NCBI GenBank assembly: GCA_034226945.1
Contig: CP120459.1
Span: forward strand, 434,001-498,000
Source of the DNA: Picochlorum sp. SENEW3
Lineage: Eukaryota
Direction: 5' to 3'
Length of the DNA stretch: 64,000 nucleotides
In this document: piece after piece, positions 31,652-42,827 of the stretch
How positions within the stretch are numbered: the first letter of the stretch is position 1
How the letters are laid out: each line of letters begins with the position of its first letter
The notes under the pieces: model-generated
Databases searched by the model: none
Seen by the model: only the letters and a program-made list of their open reading frames with translations
What the model was told of the DNA's origin: nothing
Translations under genes and position numbers: made by a program

Positions 31652-32701
31652 ATGGGAAAGACTGCAAGAGCTGTTGTTGCAGTTGCTCTTCTTGGAGCAG
31701 CTGGTGCTAATGCCGCCAACCTCCAAGGAGGTAAGGCCACCCAGGAGGCTGTGCAGGGACTTGGTACCGTCGCACAGGGAGCCATGCAGGTGGGACAGGC
31801 TGCCATCACCGGAGCAAAGGAGAAGGCTGACAAGTTTGTTGACACTGCTGGGAATGTGTACACAGTGTTGAGGGATGCCACTGGTGCCGCCACCAACTTT
31901 GTGATGGACACCGCTGGTGTCATCTTCGATGTCACCAAGATGACTGGATCTTTCATCATCGATGCCGCCTTGGGATACCCACAGGAGTTGATTGACTCCA
32001 TGAAGGAGGGTCGCCAGGACTTGCAGGCCGCCTTGGCCAAAGGAATGGATGGTGCTCAGGCTTTGGGACAGTTCGCCATGCAGGCCCGCCCAGAGCTTCC
32101 ACCATTGAAGCAGATGCACAAGCCATCTGCCTGGATGGACGCTGCTGGACAGAGCTACATGAACTTTGGAAACGCCTTCAACCAGTTGGAGTTTGGTCTT
32201 GAGGAGTCTGTGTCTGAGTTCGAGGACAAGTACTGCACCCCAGCCACCTTCACTCCATCTGAGAAGAAGCCAGCCGAGATCACCATGCCTGGGTTCAGCC
32301 TGGAGATTGGACTGGGAGGATGCACAGTGGACGACAGCGACCACAAGAATGTCACCTTGGACTGCACAAAGCCATTCATTACGTATGGACACATCAATGG
32401 ATCTTTCGTGTCCAAGCGTCACACTGCTCCATCCTTCAAGACCAAGGAGTGCAAGATTGAGAAGACCCACGGAGATGCTGAGGAACTTGTTCTCTTTGAA
32501 TTCTCTGGACACACTCCAGACTTGAAGGACATGGCTCAGACCATCAGCCAGCAGGTTGGTAACGCTGTCGGCTCCCTCGCCAGCGGAGCCACAAACCTCG
32601 CTGGAGATGTCACCAACTTTGTTGGAAACATGAAGAACGAGAAGCAGTCTCTCCAGGAGCTGGTCAAGGCATATGACGGCCTTCCACAGCCATCCATCTA
32701 A
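31652..32701 (+). CDS. Secreted protein of unknown function, paralog C (recent duplicate of B)
   Basis: Same length as B and near-identical outside one variable block. Confidence 0.92.
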   Translation: MGKTARAVVAVALLGAAGANAANLQGGKATQEAVQGLGTVAQGAMQVGQAAITGAKEKADKFVDTAGNVYTVLRDATGAATNFVMDTAGVIFDVTKMTGSFIIDAALGYPQELIDSMKEGRQDLQAALAKGMDGAQALGQFAMQARPELPPLKQMHKPSAWMDAAGQSYMNFGNAFNQLEFGLEESVSEFEDKYCTPATFTPSEKKPAEITMPGFSLEIGLGGCTVDDSDHKNVTLDCTKPFITYGHINGSFVSKRHTAPSFKTKECKIEKTHGDAEELVLFEFSGHTPDLKDMAQTISQQVGNAVGSLASGATNLAGDVTNFVGNMKNEKQSLQELVKAYDGLPQPSI

Positions 32702-33109
32702 GCATCCAACGACTTTTTGATGGGAGATAGCTTCCCAACTTCGATTTGATTTGATTTGATTTCATTAGATGCATCGATAGTCATGTAACAGTTTCCAGCA
32801 GAAATATATATATATCGAAGAGGTCTTCTTATCTCTTTTCTTTACGGGAGACGCCTCAATATCAGAGGAAAGGAGGCATGCTATCGATCCCGTGACAAAT
32901 CCCCCAAAGGGCGCCTCCTGTACCGTCGTTCGACGCGCCGAGGAGCCCAACCACCGACCAACCAACGTCGTTACAACGAAACCACAGCGTGGGGCGCTCG
33001 ATATACACGTTTGGGAACCTTGTCACCACGTAAAAGCGTATACTTGTTTGAAAGTCCAACTTGATACTGAGTATTTACAACAGAAAGTTAATTACAACGT
33101 GACTTCAGG

Positions 33110-34222
33110 ATGGGGAGAAGAAGTGTGCAGTACACTGTATCTCTCGTCGCCCTGCTTGGCGCTGCGGGGGTACACGCCGTAGGAAATGGTATGCAACGCT
33201 TTCAAATAAGATATACAATCCCATAATAGTGCTATTATAACGCTTTGCCGTATGCTGTAGTGAATGTTGTCGACAAGGAGGCCCTTCAGGGTCTTGGGAC
33301 TATTGCTCAGGGGGTGGCCCAGATTGGGCAAGCTGCTGTGACCGGCGCTCAGGAAAAGCAACAGAAGTTTATGGATGCCGCTGGAAATGTTTACGAGGTG
33401 TTAACTGATGCTACAGGGGCAGCCACAAATTTTGTGATTGATGCAGCTGGCACCGTGTTTGATACCACAAAAATGGCAGGAGGGTTCCTCTTCAATGCCG
33501 CCATGGACTATCCAGGAGACATTATGAACGCCATTGGAGAGACAGGACAAGATATAAGAAAGTTTGCTGGAGTTGGAGCAGATGCGGCCGCAGCTTTAGG
33601 ACAGTATGCTATGAACTCTCGACCAGAGCTGCCCCAGTTCAAAGAAATGCTCAAGCCACAGGCCTGGGCTGATGCCGCTCAAAAATCCACCATGAAGATG
33701 ACTGGAGCATTTAATACACTTGAAGACCAGTTCATGGATAGCATCGACGAATTGGAGGACCAGTACTGCACCCCAGCCAAATTCACTCCTTCCTTCAAAA
33801 AGCCAGCAGAGATCACCATGCCAGGATTCTATGTCGAGGCAGGCCTTGGTGGATGCACAGTACAAGTCGAGAAAGAAAGTAAGCACGACTACAGCCTGAG
33901 CTGCAACAAGCCTTTCGTCACGCATGCCCATGTCCCAGGAAAGTGGGTGTCAAAACGTAAGACTCCAATCAAGTTCGAGACCAAATCTTGCAAGATTGAA
34001 AAGGAAATTGGAGAATATGAACAGATTGTTTTGTTTGAATTTGATGGACATACAAATTTTGATGCCAATGCGTTGAGACAGACCGTGTCGCAGGCATTTG
34101 GTGGATTGGCAAATGGAGTATCGGGAGTGACTGACATGGTGGGAGACTTTATGAGCTCAATGAAGAACCCATTGCAAGGAAAAGTCTCCCAGTTAGGATC
34201 CATGGAAAAGCCAGCATTCTAG
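33110..34222 (+). CDS. Secreted protein of unknown function, paralog D; exons 33110-33188 and 33261-34222
   Basis: Signal exon MGRRSVQYTVSLVALLGAAGVHA joined in frame by phase-1 GTATGC...TGTAG intron. Confidence 0.9.
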
Positions 34223-34524
34223 AATAACCACCTCTATTTCATTCCATTTCATTCTTCAATCTGATTATGTAAAAAAGGCATACTTACGCGCATATCATCG
34301 AATTACTCTGGCCCAACGGTGGTGCCGGTACCTGCATGGCACCTGGCCACCTGGCCCTCGTTGCAACAAACTCTTCCACTCCGAACATTCGTCCACCCGT
34401 TGAACCTAATTTTGGTTCAACACACACCGCGTGCGTACTCAAGTCATTAAGAATCTGTATCTTGTATATCGAGGGATTTATTAATTCACACACATACTGA
34501 TTGTTATTCAAACCTGCTGGCAGT

Positions 34525-35765
34525 ATGAATGGACGCACCCAACGACTGGGCTTTCTCTTGTTGGCCTTGACGGTTGTCCCATTCATCGCAGGAGTAGCCG
34601 CACAAGGTAGTATATCTTTGTTGTCCGAATCACATGTATCGATCATGATCATTGATTGACCACATGATGGTGTGCAGATAAAGGAGCAAAAGAAGAGGCA
34701 AGAGATGGAATCCAGAATATCTTGGAGGGACTGTTCTCAGCCACCCAGGCAAAAGCCCAGGGTTTATCAGACAAGGGCGATGAGTTGAAGGAAAGACTTA
34801 CCAACAGAGTTGACGGTGCAAAGAGTGCTGTTCAGGGAGCTATTCAGGGTGCTGGCTCGGCAATCTCCACAACTGCTGATATCGTTGCCGATACAACCAA
34901 GCTCGTTGCTGACATCCTCACTGAAGATTTGAGAAAAACTGACATTAAAGGTTCCTTGACGGAAGCTGGTGCATCCATCCGTGAGACGATCAACACCTTG
35001 AATGGCCTGGTTGTCAAGTTTGCCACCATCCTCCAGAGAGCAGCCCCATCAGTGCCTTCTTGGGAAACCATCAAAAACCCAAAGAACTGGCCACTCTCAC
35101 TCATGTCCTACACAGGAGAAATTTCCAAGGCAATGTCAGAGCTGGTCCAGGAAACCGGACTCGTGTATGAGGGTATTTCTGCGAAATACTGCGAGGATGC
35201 CAAAGTCACACCACCAGGAAAGGTACCAGGAGAATACACCGGATACGGTTTCAATCTCAAACTCTCCTCTGGCAAGTGCTGGCTCGAAAAGGAAGAAGTC
35301 GACGATGAGAAGAAGAAGAAGCTCACCTGCGAAATTCCATCAGTCACATGGGAGAAGACCCCAATCAAGTATGTCTCCAAGCACCACACCCCGCTCTCAT
35401 TCACGTCCAAATCATGCAAAGTTGAGAAAACCTTTGGCACTCCAAGAGAAGAAGTCCTTTTCGAACTGGAGGGAGACTTCAGCCTCGGAGATGCATTGCA
35501 GCAGGCTGCTGGAAAGATTGGGGAGACCTTGGAATCTCTCTCTGGTGAGAATGACAAGATCCCAGATCAGTTCAGAAAATTCATCACCGACATTGAATCC
35601 CAAAAGGAGACTGCAGAGACTGTATCCAAGTTTGACGAGGGCACAATCGATGCGACATTGTCCATGATTGATGGCATCATTAGCTATAGCAATGGCGGTG
35701 CTTTGGAAACACTGCAGAACATCCCAACCATTGGAGGATGGCAAGTGAATCAAAAGCAAGCATAG
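34525..35765 (+). CDS. Secreted protein of unknown function, paralog E (most divergent); exons 34525-34606 and 34678-35765
   Basis: Signal exon MNGRTQRLGFLLLALTVVPFIAGVAAQ, phase-1 intron, Cys domain KYC...C...C...SKHHTPLSFTSKSCK...VLFELEG. Confidence 0.87.
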
Positions 35766-35838
35766 ACCTCAGGATCATTTCATTTCATTTCATTTATAAA
35801 ATACTACACGATGATGATGTAAACAGCTTCGATTGGAA

Positions 35839-36517
35839 ATGGCTTCTTCTCCTTCTTCTTCTCCTCCAAACGCCGTTGTGACTGAAGGATTCGAAAAACG
35901 CATTCTCTGGAAAACTGCTTCTGCTGGTGCGATGCGATTCTCTATATATATATTTTACATTATATGCATGATCTGGTACGGTATGATGCGTACAGGGACA
36001 GCTGGAGCAGCATTAGGTGCCTTCTTGGCACTGGGGAAGAAAACAAAGGTCTTGCCAGCATCCTTGACTGGCGCAGCCAGTCTGGGGATGCTATCACTAG
36101 CATTCACAGGTATGTCTGTTTTCTTACATTCAGAGAGCGTGTGAATGCAGTACGCTGAGGCATAGATGTGCATTCTCACACTACTTGTCTGCAGGTGCTC
36201 AAGAGTACACTAGAGCTTTGACATCATCTGATACACCGATAAATGCAGCTGTCGGTGGAGCTGCGTCAGGAGCCCTTTTGTTTGCATCGTATGGAAGTAG
36301 ACCCGTCTATGGGGCAGCAATTATGGCTGCATTGGGCTGTAGTGCCGACATCTTGTTCAGGGTACTGTCTTCTTCTGCACAGAGCACGCAAGAAGACAAA
36401 CCCTCGTTCTGGGACAAGATAGTCAGAAAGACGACTGATGAAGAGCGAGAAGCGTTTCTGCAAGACCGACGGCGAAGGATATTACGAGAAGATGTTCCTG
36501 AGCAGAATGCAGATTAA
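35839..36517 (+). CDS. Tim17/Tim22/Tim23 family membrane protein; introns 35927-35995 and 36110-36194
   Basis: Gly-rich TM segments GTAGAALG and DTPINAAVGGAASGALL joined in frame by GT-AG introns. Confidence 0.75.
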
Positions 36518-36597
36518 AAAATAAAAAGGCAAGGCTTCCTTGATAATTGCGCGTTTTTTATTTATTATATATTTATTTGGGTATAGTAAAAGATGAA

Positions 36598-38724
36598 ATG
36601 AATAGGGCATTGTTGAATATACGCGTGAAGAGCCTGCCGAGGAGCAGAAACTTTGCCGGTCCACAGAAACGAGACGTGTGGTGTCAACGGAGAAGACACG
36701 TCTGCTACGCCAGTGCCAGTTCTATAATTCCTATATCAGATTTTACAACTATTTATGGTGCTGGAGATGAGCCTCACGTGTGCAGTCCGTTACCTGCTCC
36801 AGCAGACCAGCAAGCAGACAGGGACTCGAAGCCAGTTATGGTTTACTTGCCTGGTATTGATGGGACAGGGCTTGCTGCTGCGAAACAATTTCCCATGTTG
36901 ATGAAACATTTCAATCTTGTGACGTTCGTGACCCCTCCTGGGGATAGAACGTCGTACGAGGGCCTCTTGGAGATTTTGACGAATTTCATCGAGTCACTCG
37001 AGTTGCCGCCTTCTTTGCCAGTGTATGTGATGGGGGAGAGTTTTGGGGGGTTGTTAGCGTTATCATTGGCGTCTAGATGTCCAGGTATGGTGGATAGGGT
37101 GGTTCTGGTGAACCCAGCCACGAGTTTTTCAAAGAGCCTGTGGCCACAGATTGCCCCAGTGCTGCTGAACACGCCACGGGAGGCGTATGGGGCGTTGCCT
37201 TTACTCCTGGCCCCGGTACTCGGGAATCCTATAAATTTGTTGCAAGCGTCGTTGGATGATATTCCGGAAGGTATGTCATTGGTGGATCAAGCGATTGCAT
37301 TAGTGGATGGTGCCTTTGGGTTGTTGAATCAACTGCCCATTTTGGCTGATATTCTGCCCCGGGACACGCTTGCTCACAAACTTGAGCTGTTGAAGCAGGG
37401 ATGTGAGGTTGTTGAAGGGGAGGTGGGTGATGTGAAGCAACGTGTGTTTGTTCTGGTGGGTGACCAAGATTTGCTGCTGCCATCAGAGCAGGAGGGACCG
37501 AGGTTACAAAGCAAGCTCGCGAGGGCACATGTTCGTGTTGAGAGGGGTAGATCACATGCATTATTGCAGGAAGGAGGGGTAGATTTGGTATCCATTATGA
37601 AGGAGGAAGGGTTTTATGTGAGCACGCGTAGACTTTCTGTGCCTGCAGTGAAGCGATACAAAGGGAGCAGTTTTGGTACGTCACAACCGATAGAGTTGCC
37701 CACGGACATAGAATTGGGGCGATATTCGGAGCGAGTGACATCGTTTGGTAGAAGGCTGACGAGTCCTGTGTTCATATCGACGTATATGGATGGGAACAAG
37801 GTGAGTGGATTGGGAGCGCTGCCAATGCCTGGTGAACAGAGGCCGATCCTGTTTGTGGGAAACCATCAGTCGTTGGCATTAGATATGGGGGTATTTTGTG
37901 AGGAAATACTCAAGACGAGGGGTATCATGTTGAGAGGGTTGGCTCACCCAGCCATATTTGCATCTGCACGGAGGGGTAACAAGGGTTCAGAGGAGGATCC
38001 TGCAAGACTTGATGCCATGCCGGCATTTATCAACGCACTGAATGGTCGAGATAACAATGGAACTAGGAATAGAAGTTTTGAAGTGTTTCTGGAAGAGTTT
38101 GGAGCGGTGCCTGTAGGCCCTACGAATTTCGTGAGATTGCTACAGGGAAAAGAGGCTATTCTGCTGTACCCAGGAGGTGTGAAGGAAGCGTATCGAAAGA
38201 AAGGACAGGAGTATCAGCTCTTCTGGCCACAGAAATCGGAATTTGTACGAATGGCAGCAAAATATGATGCAATTATTGTTCCATTTGCGGGTGTGGGGGT
38301 TGACGATGGTTTGAACATTGTGTTGGATTCGGATGAGATGAAGGACATTCCATTCCTGGGGCAGTTTATTTCGCAGTCTTCGGAGGCTCTACCGCAAGCT
38401 CGGAGGGGAGTGAATGCAGACTCTGAGGAATCCAGAGACTCGTTTGTGTCACCTATTGCTGTGCCCAAACTGCCACCAAATAGATTGTACTACATGTTCC
38501 AAAAGCCAATTGAGCTCTCAAGAGAGATTGTAGATGACAGGGAGGCATGCGAACAAATCTATCGCGACGTGAAGAAGTCAGTAGAAGATGGTATAGAATA
38601 TCTATTGGAGAAGAGGAATACAGATCCTTATTCAGATTTCGGGACAAGATTGGCATATGAATCATTCCGTGGGACTGCACCCACATTTCCAATTTATGAA
38701 CACGATAATAATAACAACATGTAA
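36598..38724 (+). CDS. PES1: Phytyl ester synthase (esterase/lipase plus acyltransferase)
   Basis: YLPGIDGTG, GESFGG, ILFVGNHQ, LRGLAHP, LLYPGG...EA motifs. Confidence 0.9.
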   Translation: MNRALLNIRVKSLPRSRNFAGPQKRDVWCQRRRHVCYASASSIIPISDFTTIYGAGDEPHVCSPLPAPADQQADRDSKPVMVYLPGIDGTGLAAAKQFPMLMKHFNLVTFVTPPGDRTSYEGLLEILTNFIESLELPPSLPVYVMGESFGGLLALSLASRCPGMVDRVVLVNPATSFSKSLWPQIAPVLLNTPREAYGALPLLLAPVLGNPINLLQASLDDIPEGMSLVDQAIALVDGAFGLLNQLPILADILPRDTLAHKLELLKQGCEVVEGEVGDVKQRVFVLVGDQDLLLPSEQEGPRLQSKLARAHVRVERGRSHALLQEGGVDLVSIMKEEGFYVSTRRLSVPAVKRYKGSSFGTSQPIELPTDIELGRYSERVTSFGRRLTSPVFISTYMDGNKVSGLGALPMPGEQRPILFVGNHQSLALDMGVFCEEILKTRGIMLRGLAHPAIFASARRGNKGSEEDPARLDAMPAFINALNGRDNNGTRNRSFEVFLEEFGAVPVGPTNFVRLLQGKEAILLYPGGVKEAYRKKGQEYQLFWPQKSEFVRMAAKYDAIIVPFAGVGVDDGLNIVLDSDEMKDIPFLGQFISQSSEALPQARRGVNADSEESRDSFVSPIAVPKLPPNRLYYMFQKPIELSREIVDDREACEQIYRDVKKSVEDGIEYLLEKRNTDPYSDFGTRLAYESFRGTAPTFPIYEHDNNNNM

Positions 38725-38766
38725 TCACACATTACAGCAATACAACTACTTGTTCAGTACATTCAA

Positions 38767-40625
38767 TCAAGCATTAAATGTCTCGGTGTTATGTGGTGCA
38801 TATATTTGATCTTGCTGGGCCTTTTTTGCCGCATCCTGTGCACTGGCAGCAACTACTCCAGCATCAATCTGTGCCTCATACTGACCGGGGCCTGTTCTCC
38901 TAACGCCTTTGAACTTTGAGGTTCTCTGCCTAGCCAACTCACTGTCTTTCATCAGTGCTCTGATCAATTCATCTTCAGAATGAGCATTCAAAACAGGCAG
39001 AGTTGCCTTGTATATCTCTTTGGGGAAATTGATGGGTGCATCATCACCTAAAATCTTCAATGCGGCAAGATCATGAGCTCTGCCAGCCTGATCTCGAGAG
39101 GGAAATTTACCCAGAAATATCGCTTCTTTTTTCAAACCTTCCACAACGGATCCCTCCGTCTTTTCCATCGGTTTTTCAATGTACGCATCCCAAAACAAGG
39201 ACCATTTGTCCCTGGCAACCCCCCTCAAATTCACAGGTTGACTCGAGCCATCCTCCCCTGGCATGGTCGGCTTTTGAGGCGTAGAAGATCTCAACTCTTT
39301 TGTAACTAATGACGTAATGGACTCGTGACGGTTTGTATTCTGGAACTCATGGCCAGCACGGCCATCTGAAGGGCCACCACCAGCTCTGGCCTCTATATTA
39401 ATCTCCTTTTGAAATTTGCCATCATTAGTCTCTGGAATCTGAATACCTACAAAAGGAGACATGGGTGGCTGTGAGAAACCACTATTTTTATCGAAATTCT
39501 GAAACACAGCTTTGATAATTGGGACTTCTTTATTATCCCTGGCAGTGGCCATGAGTGCTGGACCATGCCTCAACACCTCTCCAGTCGACGGACTGCACCA
39601 CACAAGACATCATGAAGTATCGTCAATCCACTCTTCTCCGTACACATACAACAACTATTACTACAGCGTATGAACCGATAAAGAAATAAAAACACAAGAA
39701 CAACGTACTCTCTCGTGAACCCAGACTCGGCCCTTGCACTCCGTTGCTGGACAGTCTCTGTTGACTGCCTCTGCCTTCTCCTCTTTCCTGGAGATTTCCT
39801 CGGCGAATTCTGCACACTGCCTGTCTCATATACAGGAACTTGTCCGAAAGACACTGACGGCACTTGCTGCTGATGGACAACGTAATGCACCTGACCAGGC
39901 TGATATGGCACTCCTGGAAGATACATGGACTGCATGTGACCTCCACCAGACACCTGAATGAAGTTTCCCTGAGCATCTTGAATAAACATGGGTTGTTGCA
40001 TGTTTCCAGATCCAATAAAATGACCTTGCAACGGCATTCCACCACTATGATTGGTATGAGTAGAAAAGCACGCCCCATTCTGTACATGCCCAATCTGTGG
40101 AGCACTGTGTGCATGCTGAATACTCATCGCCGACTGCTCTTGTTGCATAGTGGAATCCAAAGACGCCAATACACTTCTTGCAGCGTCTGCAACAGATGCA
40201 TTTTGTTGTTGATGCTGTTGCGGTAAACTCTGTTGCTGGTGGTGATGGTGTGTCTGTGGTTGCTGCTGAACGTGATGATGTTCTTGATGCATCTCCTGTT
40301 GTTTCGTCAAACCAGTGACAAAGTCAGATTCGAGCAATATATGGCCATCAGGGCCGAACAAGTTGTCTGGAATGTCAAGATCGAGGTACGCATCATCAGA
40401 ATCCAACAATTTCCCAAAGTCCTCTGGCGTGAGATTATGCAATCCATGTATATCATCAAATGCATGCTGTGGCAATGAATTATTCCTGAAACATATTCAC
40501 ATCTATAGTCAGGAGGCAATCATCAATGCGCTACCTATCTGTTGATGTCACACCACACCGCACCTTTCATGTTGATGCTGCCCACCCACCTCTGCAGCAC
40601 CTTGTCCCTCTGTCTCTGGCGGCAT
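38767..40625 (-). CDS. AP2-domain transcription factor with Gln/His-rich N-terminus; three exons
   Basis: RGVARDKW...WDAYI...FLGKF...AGRAHDLAALK...INFP and a partial second repeat RTSKFKGV; two GT-AG introns give a continuous frame from MPPETEG. Confidence 0.85.
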
Positions 40626-41472
40626 TATAGTCTCCAATATAACGCCAATGAACTGTTTTTATACGTGCTATATTTCGATCGCGTGGCAACACGAGGTCTT
40701 CTCTTGGTGAAGGTGTTACTCACTGCACACCGGGGTATGTAAGCCGGTGGTTTGACTTGGTTGACTGACTGGTCACTCTTGCTGACGTGCACACTCGAGA
40801 AGTCCTTTTCTCTCGAACAAATCCTGCAAAATAGTACATAGTATTAAAATATGAATTAAAAAATTGAAAAATTCCCAGTCCTGCGTCTGGGCGTGGACTG
40901 GTCCACAGAATACCCGTCTGGTACCAACCGACCAACCGACCAACCACGTTCCCACCCTTCGCACCTCCTGGAACAAATTAATACACGCAAATATCTAGAA
41001 TAAACACCAATTATAACTATTAAAGTTGATTATACAAGCAGGGGTTGAAATCCTGTATGAATCTCCGATTCATCTTGCCGACCCAACCAGTCGTCAACTC
41101 GTGGGACGATCGAACAATCCCCGATCCACTAAATTACGACACATGCGTATTACATATTGATACTAATACATACCTAATTGATAACTCTGCAAAATTAATG
41201 CCAATCCAGTGGCTATTGCCAAGCAATCTATCGCATTCCTGAGTCGGGTCAACAGACCTGCGGGGCGCCTTTTTTGCATTTTAATTCCGAAATGGGCCTA
41301 TTAAAATGTTGGCCCCGTGTACCCATCAGGGTCGTTCTTTCTGATGGTTCAAGACAGATTTAATGGTTTTAACTATTTTATTATGGATTAGGAATAGGGA
41401 ATTTGGTGTTTCGGATCCTCATACCCTGCCAACCGTACCTAATACAATTTTTTACCTCTTGGAGTTGCAGAC

Positions 41473-42705
41473 ATGGTAGCACGTGTCATTCGACCGTTTC
41501 GGAATATCGATGTCTATGCTGACAAGGATCCAGGTATATTCAATATGCGAGTGTTGGCGAGAGGATCGGGCATCCATCTGGTGCCTGTATCTGGGACATT
41601 GAGACATGATGCTGTGTGTGTCCAATGCAAGTCTGGAGTCGGGCGTGGGGGCTTTGAACGAACTGGGACAAAGCAGGATGGGATTCCGCCGTTGACTAAA
41701 GATCAGAAGCATCTTATTGCTGCGGATTCGAGCCATCTCATGGTGTCGCAAGGGTCTGTTGGGTTTCCCTGGGTGCCTGTTTTGGTGACTGTTGGCCTCA
41801 CAGTCTCTAGTCTCGCCTCGATGGTGACGGCCGTCATATTCTATATGAGACCTGCCCTCAAAGCGATGGAGCAAGCTGCGTTGTCTGCGGAGGAGGCGGC
41901 GAAAGATTTAGAGCAGGCTTCGATTGAGATGGAGAAGACGGCATTGATGTTTCAGCAGGATTTGCCCTTGACTATGAAAGAAGTGCAAAAGGCATCTGAG
42001 GAATGGGAGCTAGTAGGAAAGCAGTTGAATGTAGTATTTGGATCTGTCGCTCGTCCGTTGAGTGTGGAAAGACCAGTAGAAAAGGCAGCAGAGTCAGTGC
42101 GGACTGTGGCTCAGAAGAGCACGGCAAGGTTTTCAAGGAGGATTGTGTCCGAGACAACGGCTGTCGCAAATGTACGCAAATCATGTGTATATTCTTCATT
42201 GTTGTTTTTGAATTCTGATGAAGTAATGATTATTGGTACTGTGTAGAATTTATGGACATCGCTCAATCAGGTTGCAGAGCAATTGGGGCTTAAAGGAGTC
42301 AGCAACGAAGCTGTGGAGGAGGCAAAGCGCTCCTTATATATAGGTAGACAGCAGCAAGAGGCACGAACATGGATTGATAAATGGAGGAGGAAGAATGCAT
42401 TGAGGGAATCTGGGAAGGAGTATAGTGATGATGTTATATATGTATCTGGTGACACCAAGATGAGTGTTCCTGTTGACGGCGATCAACTCATGTCAAAGGC
42501 TGCAGCAATCATCGGAGACGTTGCAAATGGGAATAACAGATCATATAGTACGGATGACGATCCTGTCGCGGAGGTGTTCAGTGCACTGGCAAAGGCACAG
42601 GCTGCAGCAGAGGAAGCAGCATATTTATCAGAGGAATTGGAGCGCTGTCTGCAAAAGGCAGAAGAGGTGGGCATGTTATCGTCGTCGGATGAAGATGATT
42701 TCTGA
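41473..42705 (+). CDS. Plastid membrane coiled-coil protein (DUF948-like); intron 42172-42246
   Basis: Transit-like N-terminus, single TM, RPALKAMEQAA...QQDLPLTM coiled coil. Confidence 0.65.
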
Positions 42706-42827
42706 GTACATATTTATTTCGAATATATTATTCCAAAATTATTGGTAGGGTGTATGCATTGTGACTCTCCTCTATTCTCTCTCCTCTATTCTCGGGAAAA
42801 AAATAAATGCGCTGAGGTCCTTTCATG

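Noticed and set aside
31604..32512. 302-aa antisense ORF over paralog C, and similar ones over histones, RPLP0, RPS4 and LTV1
   Set aside because: Antisense shadows expected from strong codon bias in the sense gene
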